Notes under the pieces: generated by a model
What the model was told of the DNA's origin: nothing
Databases searched by the model: none
What the model saw: the letters and a program-made list of their open reading frames with translations, nothing else
DNA from: an uncultured Bacteroidales bacterium
Lineage (GTDB): Bacteria > Bacteroidota > Bacteroidia > Bacteroidales > UBA4417
Reading direction: 5' to 3'
Assembly: GCA_963714825.1 (NCBI GenBank)
Contig: CAVQQF010000009.1
Span: 81,788-145,787 of the forward strand
Length of the DNA: 64,000 nt
Shown: positions 1-10,927 of the stretch, in pieces
Numbering within the stretch: position 1 is the stretch's first letter
Layout of the letters: every line of letters starts with the position of its first letter
Translations under genes and position numbers: made by a program

Positions 1-8
1 TAGTATGA

Positions 9-843
9 CTAAGTGGGTACTGCAAAATCTGCAGAAAGCAGTACCCCCATTTTCCCAATCTCCATACCTAAGTAGGGTTGTAATAAACTAGTATACAAAA
101 AACCGCCGGATGTGCCCTGATTGTTAGTTCTTACATTCGTTCTTATAATGCCCAGTCTATTGCCAATGTTAATTCTTGCCGGTAATTGTCCTGTATTAAA
201 ATGATAGCTGAGTCCAATTTGATATAGAAACTGAAAACTGTTCACCCTAAAGTCATAATTATTATCGAATGATCTTAGTTCATTTGAATGCCGGATGTAT
301 CAGATACATGTAACAAGAGATTTGGTCTGTAAAAAGGATTGTGCAAACCCTAAATTAAAACCTGATATGATTGAAAAATTTTTCATTTAAATCAAACTCA
401 CCCTCTATAATTGAAAGCCTTATTTGATATCCCTTTCTATACGACCTCGAATAAGTCTCTGTAAATGTGGTTGGTGACCCCATTACTCAAGTATGTGGAG
501 CCAGGAAATGCCATTCTCTGAGAAGAAGTAACTCCTTTTATATAACCCGCTTCAACCTGCGAAAACCATTTCGATTTGCTTTTTAGGATTTCCTGCGGTC
601 ACTTCATTAGTTTGCAGCTGAGGGAAACGGTGAAGTTTCACCCGGTTTTCGCAGCCATACACCAATTTCAACAACCTTATTTGTATCAGCAAAGCTGACC
701 GATGTCTGGCTTCCAAATGCAGGTAACGGAATTATCGTCTTTTGGTTATCATAGATTACTATTACCGAATCTGCGTTTTGCGCTACCGTTGTGAAGGCTG
801 AAAGCCCAATAATTAAAACTAAGAATTTGTTTAGATTTTTCAT
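9..843 (-). CDS. Signal-peptide-bearing putative outer-membrane protein, third gene of the ECF operon; broken by several frameshifts and possibly running off the window
   Basis: ORF 607..843 has a Sec signal (MKNLNKFLVLIIGLSAFTTVAQ). Protein-like beta-strand sequence (KWFSQVEAGYIKG, GFNLGFAQSF) continues in shifted frames into ORF 9..245 (FQFLYQIGLSYHF). Confidence 0.5.
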
Positions 844-847
844 TTTG

Positions 848-1646
848 TCAGTAGTTAATATTTATGCATAAATAGCTGTTATCATCTCCAATGATGTAGA
901 TTTTATCAGGCTCCCCGTTTGGCTTACGGCTTAGCAACATTTTTGTATTTGTAAATACTTTGCTGAATTTAAAATTTTCATTTCTCGCGATATCATTGTT
1001 TTGTTGATTTAAGCCTGCAATATCCGAAGTTTCAATTGTGATTGTAAAGCGTGGTTTTTTCTCCGGAGCTTTTGCCAATTCATTGGTTTTAAGCGGAACT
1101 GAATCAATTACATGCGGGATTTCAGCTAACGTATTTTCGGCAGGAACACTCGTGTTGGAATCGATAGCAACAGGCATGATTTTATTTTCACTTTTCTGAT
1201 TTCGGGATTGTTTCCGATCAGTAATTGCAATAGTTTCAGCCTGGTTTTGAACTGGTGAGATTAAATTTGTTGCAGGAGTTTGAGGTTTTGAAACTACTTC
1301 TGCACTATCTTGTTTGGGTTTGGAATTAAAATCAGCAGTCAATAAAAAACATACTTGCAACCAGCACAAGTATTGAGGCTGCGGCCGCCCAATAGTAGAA
1401 ATATATTTTACGGCCAGCAACTTTGGGCTCAGCAATCAGAATGATTTTATCAGTCAATTCGCGGCTTTCGTTTGCATAATTTTCGAGTGGATCGACGAAC
1501 CGGGTTTTTTGCCACGATTCCCATTCAAATTTAAAAAGCTCGTCAGATTCAATCTGCCGAAGCAAATCAATCCTGGTTGGTTTATCAAAATCATCTTCCA
1601 CCAGGCGGAACATGATTTCTTCGTAATTATCTATGTTTATTTTCAT
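848..1646 (-). CDS. Putative anti-sigma factor (single TM); one +1 frameshift
   Basis: Overlaps the ECF sigma stop. N-terminal NYEEIMFRLVEDDF and TM segment YYWAAAASILVLVASM. ORFs 1332..1646 and 848..1435 join if one base of the A6 run at 1344-1349 is removed. Confidence 0.7.
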
Positions 1647-2122
1647 ATCGTTTCCAATTCTAAAATCTTTTCTTTAATGGATTTCCTGGCTCTGAAGAGG
1701 TACACTTTTACCTGCGATTCCTTTAAATGGGTAATTTCTTCAATCTCTTTGTATGTGTAGCATTCCAGATCACGAAGTGTGAGTAATTCTTTGTATAAAG
1801 CCGGTAGCTGGTTTATAGCAAGTTGAATTAGCTGTTTATCATCAGTATCAGCTGGTTTATAAGTCAGCTCAAAAGAAACTGAGTCAATGTCCTGCATTTT
1901 TACATCCGACCTGAAGGTATCAATGATCCTTTTGTGCGCAACAGAGAACAAATAAGACTTGGCCGACTTCATTTCCACTTTTTCCTTATTCTTCCAAAGA
2001 ACCTCAAAACACTCCTGAACGATATCACCCGCTTCAATTGCATTTCCTGCTATGCGCTTCGAGAACCTCAAAAGGTTTGGGGTATATTGCTTCGCGCAGG
2101 TAATGAAATCGTCCTTCGTCAT
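1643..2122 (-). CDS. ECF RNA polymerase sigma-70 factor
   Basis: 159 aa; region 2 (DIVQECFEVLW...KSYLFSVAH) and region 4 (LRDLECYTYKEIEEIT...VKVYLFRARK). Confidence 0.92.
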   Translation of the reverse strand: MTKDDFITCAKQYTPNLLRFSKRIAGNAIEAGDIVQECFEVLWKNKEKVEMKSAKSYLFSVAHKRIIDTFRSDVKMQDIDSVSFELTYKPADTDDKQLIQLAINQLPALYKELLTLRDLECYTYKEIEEITHLKESQVKVYLFRARKSIKEKILELETI

Positions 2123-2454
2123 ACTACAGTTAATCGGGAATTGGTTAAAAAAGTTACAGATTGAGAATAAATAGTTGTTTCAACTTTATAATAAGTGGTG
2201 ATCAATTAGATGTATATGCCTGATTTTATATCAACTATGGGTAATATTGACATCAATTATCAGAGAATAATTTTTATGGAAAAGATACAATAGTCTGCCT
2301 GAATTTTGCGTAAATTTTCCTGCTATTCTTTATAAAAACTGAATTTGCATCTTTGATTCAAAGAAATACACCCATTTGATGCTTTTGCATAGAAAAAATC
2401 TTTTCATTTGCAGTATTCAAAAATAAATAAATCCAATTTCAGGGAGACTTTCTG

Positions 2455-4017
2455 ATGCAAAAACTCTTTACATACCTACTATTATCCGGATGCATTCTGC
2501 TTTCCGGCCAATCATTTTCCCAAAAGGACGTAGTCAACAAAATTATCGAAATCGGCAAAACCGATAACCAGACCATGCAACACCTCGATGTGCTGTGCAA
2601 TCGCTTTGGCGGTCGTTTGGTAGGTTCCGATGCGTATGAAAATGCCGCTGAATGGGCAGCTTCGAAATTTAAAGAATGGGGAATGCAGGTACAAATGGAC
2701 GAAGCCGGAACTGTACCAGTGGGTTTTAACCGCGGTCCCTGGTTCGGGAAAATGCTGGCCGAAAACGGTATGGACCTTCATTTTGCAACTCCCTCGTACA
2801 CAGCCGGAACAAAAGGACTACAAACAGGCCATGTTTTGTTGGAGCCAAAAACACAGGACGAATTCGACCGCATGAAAGGCCGGCTGAAAGGCGCATGGGT
2901 GCTGATAAGCGGTAAAAACAACGGATGGCCTATCGATTATTCGGAAAAGGCAAACCACCGCAGAGATTCCCTTATTGCAGCAAACATCGACATAAGGAAG
3001 AAAAACCGCATGATAGAATCCGAAAACGAAAAAGCCGGCGACAGCCTGCCACAAAAAGAGTTTATCGCTATCAACGATGAGCCTGCACTCTTCTACAAAC
3101 AGATGAAAGATGCCGGGATACTGGGTATTATACAGTCAACACCCGTTCCTATCCGGGTAATGTACGACCGGAAAAATATCAACAGCATGACTTTCGAAAC
3201 CCTGCCCGACCTGCCCGATATCAAACTGGACGAACATCAGTATGCTATAATTGAACAAATGGCAAAAGAACGCAGGAATTTTTTCCTCGAATTCGATATC
3301 CGCAATCATTTTAAGATGGGACCTGTAAAATATCACAGTGTAATCGGAATTATTCCCGGAACAAAATATCCCGATGAATATGTACTAATGGGCGGCCACC
3401 TCGATGCTTACGATGTTGGAACCGGCGGCGTTGACGATGGCTCGGGAGCTACACCTGCCATGGAAGCCGCCCGACTGATTATGAAAGCAGGTGGAAAACC
3501 GAAACGCACCATTCTTGTTTGTTTGTGGGCAGGCGAAGAGTTCGGACTGCTGGGGTCAAAAAGCTGGGTGGACCGAAACAAGGAAAAACTGCCTAAAATT
3601 TCGAATATGTTTAACCGCGACGGAGGTCCTACGGTTGCCAATAGCCTGAGTGTGCCTGATGCCTGGTGGGACGATATGGAAAAAATATGCGAACCCTTAA
3701 GCAGCATCAATCCTGATTTCCCGTTTACCCTAAAAAAACGTGAAGCCAGGCCACAGCCCAAAGTTGCATGGGGAACCGATAGCGGACCATTTGCCGTGGA
3801 AGGCGTTCCGACCATGACTTTCGGCACCGAGGATACCAAAGGATACAACTTCAGTTATGGCGAAATATGGCATACCGAAAGGGATCTTTACAATAAAAGT
3901 ATTCCTGAATACCAGGAGCATACCTCTGTTGTAACAGCCATAGTTGTTCTCGGAATTGCCAACCTCAATCATTTACTTCCTGCTGCTGCTTACTATTCTA
4001 TTGAACAAAAAGATTAA
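2455..4017 (+). CDS. M28 family metallopeptidase (carboxypeptidase Q-like), secreted
   Basis: Signal peptide; Zn-ligand motifs GHLD, DDGSG, GEEFGLLGS, NRD, WHT. Confidence 0.9.
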   Translation: MQKLFTYLLLSGCILLSGQSFSQKDVVNKIIEIGKTDNQTMQHLDVLCNRFGGRLVGSDAYENAAEWAASKFKEWGMQVQMDEAGTVPVGFNRGPWFGKMLAENGMDLHFATPSYTAGTKGLQTGHVLLEPKTQDEFDRMKGRLKGAWVLISGKNNGWPIDYSEKANHRRDSLIAANIDIRKKNRMIESENEKAGDSLPQKEFIAINDEPALFYKQMKDAGILGIIQSTPVPIRVMYDRKNINSMTFETLPDLPDIKLDEHQYAIIEQMAKERRNFFLEFDIRNHFKMGPVKYHSVIGIIPGTKYPDEYVLMGGHLDAYDVGTGGVDDGSGATPAMEAARLIMKAGGKPKRTILVCLWAGEEFGLLGSKSWVDRNKEKLPKISNMFNRDGGPTVANSLSVPDAWWDDMEKICEPLSSINPDFPFTLKKREARPQPKVAWGTDSGPFAVEGVPTMTFGTEDTKGYNFSYGEIWHTERDLYNKSIPEYQEHTSVVTAIVVLGIANLNHLLPAAAYYSIEQKD

Positions 4018-4276
4018 CCCATTCATGAAAATATAGAATCAACATCCTCAAATACTATTGAGTTAATCATTATTTCACATTTCGAGGGAACGAACCACTT
4101 GCTTGAATATGCCAGGCGTATGGCTTAGTTATGCCAGCCGGACAGTTCACCACACTATCAGACTTTAAAATTCAGGTTTTTTAAAGTATTGCTAAAATCG
4201 TCATTTTGCTTTTATTGATGCGGTTTGAACAATACGTAAACATTATTGTTTTCGCATCACATCTAAACTTTGCTAT

Positions 4277-6263
4277 ATGAAAGACAAAATCTACTCATTC
4301 TTCCTAATAGTGCTGTCAGTCACTATTTTTAACACCAACGTCGAGGCACAGATTTGCCCAAACAACCACTTATTTAATGGCGATTTTTCGTCAGGTCTCT
4401 CTTTTTTGGTCGCAGTATGGCAATGTTAACGCCATGGTGCTTCCAATTTCCTCAGGGTGCATTTCAACCAGCCTTGTTATGCCCGCCACTAACAATAGTA
4501 ATTCGGGAGTAATTCAAACTGTAACCATGTACAAGGATACATGTTATGATCTTTGCTACTGTATTGAATCGCCTAATACAGGTGGAAACACCAAGGTTAC
4601 AGTGGCGGCTATAACATCCTCGGTAACACAGGCACAGCTTCTGTCGGGTTCTTTTACAGCGTCACAGGCGCAAATTTTAGATTCCTATGTTATTACTACA
4701 CAGTTCCCGGCTTATCAGCGTTGCCCGGGATCATTTAAAGCAACAGGTAATTTTACAGGATTTGTTATTATTAATGAGACATTTGGAGTGTTGGGTTCTG
4801 ATATCAGGGTTGATAATGTATGCCTTGAGTCGCGTCTCCCTTGCGCTGCCAACCCATGCGACAGCACACAGGCTGCATATTCATATTCAACTGCGCCCGG
4901 TCTGATAACTCAATTCACTGATCTTTCGACCTCAGGTTTAAGTTTTCCGATTTCTTCATGGTCGTGGGATTTCGGTGATCCTTCAACAGGCGCTAATAAC
5001 ACCTCTACATTGCAGAATCCCATCCATGTATTTTCATCTTCGGGATGGTTTTATGTTTGTTTATATATAGCAGCTGGCCAGGCTTCAACTGGTTATTGTT
5101 ACGATACGCTTTGTATGGATATTTATATCGCACCAACCGATCCATGCGATAGTCTTCAGGCTGCTTTTACTTATTCAGCATCAGGAACTACGGTAACGTT
5201 CACTGATCTGTCAAGTTCTGCGACGAGCCTGCCTATACTGGGATGGTCCTGGGATTTTGGCGATCCGCCTTCGGGTGCAAATAATTCATCTTCGTTACAA
5301 AACCCGGTGCATGTATTTTCGAACCCTGGATGGCACCTGGTTTGTCTGTATATTTCAGCGGGTGTGCCAGGCACTGTGCCATGCTACGATACAATATGCA
5401 TGGATGTATATGTACCAACTTCGTCACCCTGCGATAGTGTTGTAGCATATTTCACCTATACTTCAACAGGCCTGAATGGCAATTTTACGGACCAATCTCT
5501 GCTTCCTGCCGGGGCATCCATATCAGGCTGGTCATGGAATTTTGGCGATCCTGCTTCAGGCGCTAATAACACCTCAACTTTGCAAAACCCTGTGCACACC
5601 TTCTCGGCTCCCGGTTTTTATTTCGTTTGCCTGTACATTTCAGTTGTTACCAGCGATGGGCTTAACTGTTATGACACCCTATGCAAGGACGTGTGGATAC
5701 AAGGATCTGCTTCCAATCCATGCGATAGCTTAATGGCTTGGTTTACAGCTTCCGGAAATCTTACTGTTACATTCAACGATTTATCCACTGCAGGAGGAGG
5801 ATTGGTGGTTTCGGGCTGGAATTGGAATTTCGGCGATCCTGCTTCAGGCGCTAATAATGTGAGTACCTTACAGAATCCCATTCATATTTATACGGCTCCC
5901 GGCATATACCTGGTATGTCTTATTGTAGATGCTTATCTGCCCGGAACCACAATTAAATGCTCCGATACTATTTGCAGGGATGTTCTTGCATCGCAGGTAA
6001 TAACAAGCCAGCGAAACTCCAGCGAAAACCACGTTATCATTGCTCCTAATCCCAATACCGGGAATTTTGAAATTCTGGGTAATAGTCTGTTAATTAACCG
6101 AATACAGGTGTTTGACTCAAAGGGTCAAAAAGTTGTGGATCAAACTAGTAATGATAGCAGGGTGTCGCTACCATACTACTGTAAAACCGGTATCTATTAT
6201 TTAATAATCGAAACTTCTAAAGGCATCATCAAAAAGCATATTTCAGTAACAAGAGAATCATAG
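4277..6263 (+). CDS. T9SS-secreted protein with four Cys-rich PKD domains; one +1 frameshift near the 5' end
   Basis: ATG 4277 gives signal peptide MKDKIYSFFLIVLSVTIFNTNVEAQ, which joins ORF 4377..6263 if one T of the T6 run 4402-4407 is removed. Four W.W.FGDP..GANN.S.LQNP.H repeats; C-terminal domain IAPNPNTG...GIYYLII...KKHISV. Confidence 0.85.
5535..5857 (+). repeat. 35-bp direct repeat between PKD domains 3 and 4
   Basis: tggaattttggcgatcctgcttcaggcgctaataa (5535-5569) vs tggaatttcggcgatcctgcttcaggcgctaataa (5823-5857); 1 mismatch. Confidence 0.85.
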
Positions 6264-6297
6264 CTTTCGCCTGATCAAACAAATAGAAAGTTTATTT

Positions 6298-6345
6298 TCC
6301 GCTATAATGCTGTGTAAACAGCGTTATAGCGGATTATTTGTTTTT
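6298..6345 (+). terminator. Intrinsic terminator after the PKD gene
   Basis: Stem tccgctataatgctgt / acagcgttatagcgga followed by a T-rich tract. Confidence 0.7.
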
Positions 6346-6543
6346 AAAAAAGGAGGAAATTACCTTCTAAAGATAAACTTAATAATTCGCAAGCTGAAAA
6401 TCCGAAAAATCTTCTTTGGCAGATTACTGAACACGCAATAAGTTAGCATTATTCAAAGCAAGTTATTACTTTTGATCGTTGAGAACCCATATGCTGTTTG
6501 TTTAAAAATAACACCAAATCTATACATAAAATTTATTTTCAGA

Positions 6544-9081
6544 ATGACCCAGGAAATCCCTAATCCCGAACTGCAACTGGCTTTTGACTTTGTCGAACAG
6601 ACCAATACAAACCTTTTCCTTACCGGGAAAGCGGGAACGGGTAAGACTACGTTTTTACGAAATCTGAAAACCATTTCGCCCAAACGCATGATTGTAGTAG
6701 CGCCAACCGGTGTGGCTGCCATTAATGCCGGAGGTGTTACCATACATTCATTTTTCCAGATGCACTTCGGGCCGCATATTCCGGGGCATGCAACAACGCA
6801 GGGAAGCGATTCATCCGATACGCATAAGAGTAATTTTGATCGTTCACAGCGTTTCAGCCGCGAGAAAATCAATATTATGCGCAGCCTCGACCTGCTGGTG
6901 ATTGATGAAATAAGCATGGTACGTGCTGATCTGCTGGATGCCATCGATGAGGTTTTACGAAGGTTTAAGGACCGCGACAAACCTTTTGGCGGAGTGCAGT
7001 TGCTAATGATCGGCGACCTGCAGCAACTCGCACCGGTTGCCAAGGACGATGAATGGGCTATGCTTCGGCCGTATTACGACACTATTTTCTTTTTCGGAAG
7101 CAGAGCGCTGCAAAAAACCGCTTTCACCACCATCGAACTGAAACATATTTACCGTCAGAGCGACGAAACTTTTATACGACTGCTGAACAAGGTACGTGAT
7201 AATTTAATTGACAAACAGGCGCTCGACGATTTAAACCAACGGTTTATTCCGGGTTTTAACCCCGGCAACGACGAAGGCTACATCACCCTTACCACGCATA
7301 ATATGCAGTCGAAGGCCATCAACGAAACAAAACTTAAACAGTTGAAAAGCCCTGAGCATCAATTTACGGCAGTGGTGCAAGGCGATTTCCCTGAATACAG
7401 CTATCCTACCGATTTTGAACTCTCGTTAAAAGAAGGCGCTCAGGTAATGTTTGTGAAAAATGATACCTCGCGCGAAAAATTGTTTTATAACGGTAAAATC
7501 GGTAAAATCGTAGAGATAGAAGACGAAACCATTTTTGTAAAATGTGAGGGCGATTATGCCATTATCCCGGTTGAACCTGCTGAGTGGACCAATAACAAAT
7601 ATGCCATCGACGAAGAAACAAAGGAAATTACGGCAACGCCTGTTGGCAGTTTTGTACAGTATCCGCTGAAACTTGCCTGGGCCATTACCATTCATAAAAG
7701 CCAGGGATTAACTTTCGAAAAAGCCATAATTGATGCCAATGCAGCTTTTGCCCACGGGCAGGTGTATGTGGCGCTGAGCCGCTGCAAGACTTTTGAAGGT
7801 ATGGTGCTGAGCTCGCGCATTTCGCCCGATTGTATTAAAAGCGATTCGAATGTGAAGGGCTTTTCGGACGATGCGGAATTAAAGCATCCCGGCGAAAAAG
7901 AACTCCTGGCATCCAAAATTGCTTATCAGCAGACATTGCTGGTCGAGCTGCTTGATTTTTCGCAGCTGCAGCGCCGTTTATACTACTGTCAGAAACTGAT
8001 CAAAGAAAACTCAAATGTATTGCTTCCTGAAGTGTCAGCAACATTTACCACCATAAATGACCTGGTAAACACTGAGTTGATTGGTATAGCCAGTAAATTC
8101 AAGCCACAGATCGGGCAGTTTCTGGCTGCCAATCCCATGATCGAAGGCCACGAAGCCTTGCAGGAAAGAATTAAGAAAGCAAGCGCCTATTTTTTCGAAA
8201 AAACAGAGCAGGGCATTTGCCAGGTACTCCAGAATACGGATGTGGAAACCGACAACAAAGCCATCCGTAAACTACTGCGCGACAGTATCGAAAACCTGCT
8301 CCAGGAGGCCTTGATAAAATCCGAATGTTTTAAAACATGCATAAATGGATTTACAGTAAAAAGTTATCTCGGCGCCAAAGCCAGGGCAGCCATCGAAAAA
8401 GTACAACTCAAAAAGGAAGTTCAGAAAAAAGAATACAGCCCTGCGGCAGGAGTTGGTGATACAACGCTGGCCCGCGAAATTAAAGCCTGGCGGCACGATA
8501 TGGCTGAAGAAGAAGGCCTGCCGGTTTATATGGTGTTGCCACAAAAAACCATGTACGAGGTTTGTGAAACCATGCCGGTTACAGAAAAAGAACTGGCTGC
8601 TATAAAAGGCTTTGGCAAGAAAAAGCTAAAAAAATACGGCAGCGAATTGCTTGGAATTATCCGCAACTACCTGCAGGTGAACCACCTTGATAAACTTGAA
8701 GTGGAGATGCCCGAAGAGGAAACTGTACGAAAGAAAAAAACCATTAAAGGGCAAACACAGAGGCTTAGTTTCGAGATGTATAAATCAGGGAAAACGATTG
8801 AAGAAATAGCCCGGGAGCGCTCATTATCAGCCACTACAATCGAAACCCATTTATCACGGTACGTTGCAAGTGGCGAGTTGGATATCGCACAGTTTGTTAC
8901 TACTGAAAAACTTGAACGTATAACAAGCTATTTTCTTGATGCCGGTAGCACCTCACTAACAGAAGCAAAAGCTGAGTTGGGCGAAACGGTAAGTTACGGA
9001 GAATTGCGAATGGTGCTTGGGCATATGAATCAAAGCAAATATGATGATGATCCTGAACCCCCTGCCAAATATACTCTTTAA
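6544..9081 (+). CDS. Pif1/RecD-like SF1B helicase with HRDC and C-terminal HTH domains
   Basis: GKAGTGKT, APTGVAA, IDEISMV, GDLQQL, YPLKLAWAITIHKSQG, GQVYVALSR; HRDC (IKAWRHDMA...KGFGKKK). ATG 6544 preferred over the TTG at 6472. Confidence 0.9.
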   Translation: MTQEIPNPELQLAFDFVEQTNTNLFLTGKAGTGKTTFLRNLKTISPKRMIVVAPTGVAAINAGGVTIHSFFQMHFGPHIPGHATTQGSDSSDTHKSNFDRSQRFSREKINIMRSLDLLVIDEISMVRADLLDAIDEVLRRFKDRDKPFGGVQLLMIGDLQQLAPVAKDDEWAMLRPYYDTIFFFGSRALQKTAFTTIELKHIYRQSDETFIRLLNKVRDNLIDKQALDDLNQRFIPGFNPGNDEGYITLTTHNMQSKAINETKLKQLKSPEHQFTAVVQGDFPEYSYPTDFELSLKEGAQVMFVKNDTSREKLFYNGKIGKIVEIEDETIFVKCEGDYAIIPVEPAEWTNNKYAIDEETKEITATPVGSFVQYPLKLAWAITIHKSQGLTFEKAIIDANAAFAHGQVYVALSRCKTFEGMVLSSRISPDCIKSDSNVKGFSDDAELKHPGEKELLASKIAYQQTLLVELLDFSQLQRRLYYCQKLIKENSNVLLPEVSATFTTINDLVNTELIGIASKFKPQIGQFLAANPMIEGHEALQERIKKASAYFFEKTEQGICQVLQNTDVETDNKAIRKLLRDSIENLLQEALIKSECFKTCINGFTVKSYLGAKARAAIEKVQLKKEVQKKEYSPAAGVGDTTLAREIKAWRHDMAEEEGLPVYMVLPQKTMYEVCETMPVTEKELAAIKGFGKKKLKKYGSELLGIIRNYLQVNHLDKLEVEMPEEETVRKKKTIKGQTQRLSFEMYKSGKTIEEIARERSLSATTIETHLSRYVASGELDIAQFVTTEKLERITSYFLDAGSTSLTEAKAELGETVSYGELRMVLGHMNQSKYDDDPEPPAKYTL

Positions 9082-9657
9082 CTACTTTTCGGCCATCGTT
9101 TTATACCTCGAACAATACACCATATGATCATTAATCATCCCCGCCGCCTGCATAAACGCATAACAAATGGTTGAGCCCACAAATTTAAAGCCTCTCTTAA
9201 TCAGGTCTTTACTCATGGCATCCGACTCGGCCGATGTGGCCGGTAGCTGGGTTAACTCAGTCCATTTATTGCAGATGGTGGTGCCCCCGGTAAACTGCCA
9301 GATATACTTGTCGAAGGTGCCGTATTCCTTCTGAACTTTGAGAAAAGCCTGCGCATTGGTAACTGTTGACCTGATTTTTAGTTGATTCCGGATAATTGAA
9401 GTATCCTGCATCAATTGCTGGATTTTTGTTTCGTCGTATGCAGCAATTTTCACCGCATCAAAATTATCAAATGCCTTTCGGAATCCTTCGCGGCGATGCA
9501 GTATGGTTTTCCAGCTCAACCCCGCCTGGAAAGCATCAAGTATCATAAACTCGAACAGTTTGCGGTCGTCGTGCAGGGGAACACCCCATTCGGTATCGTG
9601 GTAGGCTATCATCAGCGGATCGTTGCCGGGCCAGTTGCAGGTGTTGGGGGTTTGCAT
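9082..9657 (-). CDS. tag: DNA-3-methyladenine glycosylase I
   Basis: CNW...YHDTEWG, FQAGLSW, IIRNQLKI, GFKFVGSTICYAFMQAAGMINDH...C. Confidence 0.95.
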   Translation of the reverse strand: MQTPNTCNWPGNDPLMIAYHDTEWGVPLHDDRKLFEFMILDAFQAGLSWKTILHRREGFRKAFDNFDAVKIAAYDETKIQQLMQDTSIIRNQLKIRSTVTNAQAFLKVQKEYGTFDKYIWQFTGGTTICNKWTELTQLPATSAESDAMSKDLIKRGFKFVGSTICYAFMQAAGMINDHMVYCSRYKTMAEK

Positions 9658-9688
9658 GGGAAGATATTTAAAAAGATTTGAAAACTGA

Positions 9689-9723
9689 GTGCCGGGTGCC
9701 GGATGCCGGGTGCCGGGTGTGGG
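9689..9723. repeat. Intergenic heptamer tandem array (GTGCCGG)x4-5
   Basis: gtgccgg gtgccgg atgccgg gtgccgg gtgtggg. Confidence 0.85.
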
Positions 9724-9732
9724 TTAGTAAGA

Positions 9733-10817
9733 TTACTTAAGATAGCTGATTTCTCCGGGTGAAATTATACCTCTTTCGGTTATAAATCCTGTTATAAACC
9801 TTGCCGGCGTAACATCAAATGCCGGATTTAAGGCATGCGAGCCGGGTGAAGCCATGCGGATGGTGCGCATAACGCCTTCAGAGTCGGGTCCTGAATAATA
9901 AAGAACTTCATCTTCGCTACGTTCCTCAATTGGTATTTTTGATTCCATCCGGAAGTGAAAAATCAATGGTCGAAAACGGAACTGCCACATAAAACGGTAT
10001 TCCGAATTCCTTAGCCACAATCGCTTTTTCAAAGGTACCGATTTTATTGGCTGTATCGCCGTTGGCAGCAATACGGTCGGCTCCGACTATTACGAAATCA
10101 ATCATTCCACGACTCATCAGGTGGGCACCGGCATTGTCGGGGACTATTAAATGCTGAATGCCTTCATTCTGTAATTCCCAGGCGGTAAGGCGGGCTCCCT
10201 GGTTACGCGGACGTGTTTCGTCGGCATAAACAAAAAAATCCTTACCCTGTTCTTTTGCGATATACAAAGGAGCAAGCGCACTTCCGTAATCAACAAAATC
10301 CAAGCCATCCGGCATTGCAATGGGTTAAAATCCGGCTTCCATTCTTAATTAAAACACTCCCATTTTCTCCAATCTTTTTTGCATCGGCAATATTCTCATC
10401 TGCAAGCAATTGCGCTTCATGTAAAGCGGCTTCAGCACTTTTTAAACCAGCATAATATACTCTTTCGGTAGCATAAAACAGGTTTCGGGCGGTGGGGCGG
10501 GTTGCTTCTATTTCGTTGCGCGCATTTTCAAAAAACTGAAGTTCTTTAGTTGTATAGTTCTCCCCTCTCCCATCTCCTTTCGCCCCTTCTCCCCTCGTCC
10601 CTTCAACAAACGCCTGTGCCATAGCAAACCCAGCGGCAGCACCTATAGCTCCGGCACCACGGGTAATCATGGTAACAATAGCATGACATGTTTCCCTGTA
10701 ATCCTGTGCTTCAAAGATTTTAAACTCAAAAGGGAGTGCATTCTGGTCGACCATACTCACCACTCCGGTCAGGTTATTCATCCAGATAGTACGATAGTGT
10801 TTGTCTTTAACTTTCAT
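9733..10817 (-). CDS. mtnA: S-methyl-5-thioribose-1-phosphate isomerase; two +1 frameshifts
   Basis: [61 protein letters not shown] spread over three ORFs. Breaks at A4 10295-10298 and T5 9936-9940. Confidence 0.9.
10559..10601. repeat. Heptamer array (TCTCCCC-like x6) inside the mtnA coding sequence
   Basis: tctcccc tctccca tctcctt tcgcccc t tctcccc tcgtccc; the minus strand encodes [14 protein letters not shown]. Confidence 0.75.
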
Positions 10818-10927
10818 CTGAAACAGGATTACATTATTAAAAATCATCTAATTAAATGGCGTTACGGCTTAGAGTTTTACCAGGTAAATCCGGTTAGAAA
10901 AGCAACTTAATACACCATAACATTATT

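Noticed and set aside
5535-5857. PKD direct repeat as a diversity-generating retroelement TR/VR pair
   Set aside because: Both copies are coding, the single difference is a synonymous T/C rather than adenine-specific, and no reverse transcriptase is present.
6453-7043. Long antisense ORFs (also 3408..3848, 19387..19962, 37308..37889, 49934..50476, 55143..55925)
   Set aside because: They overlap well-supported genes on the opposite strand and have no family motifs.
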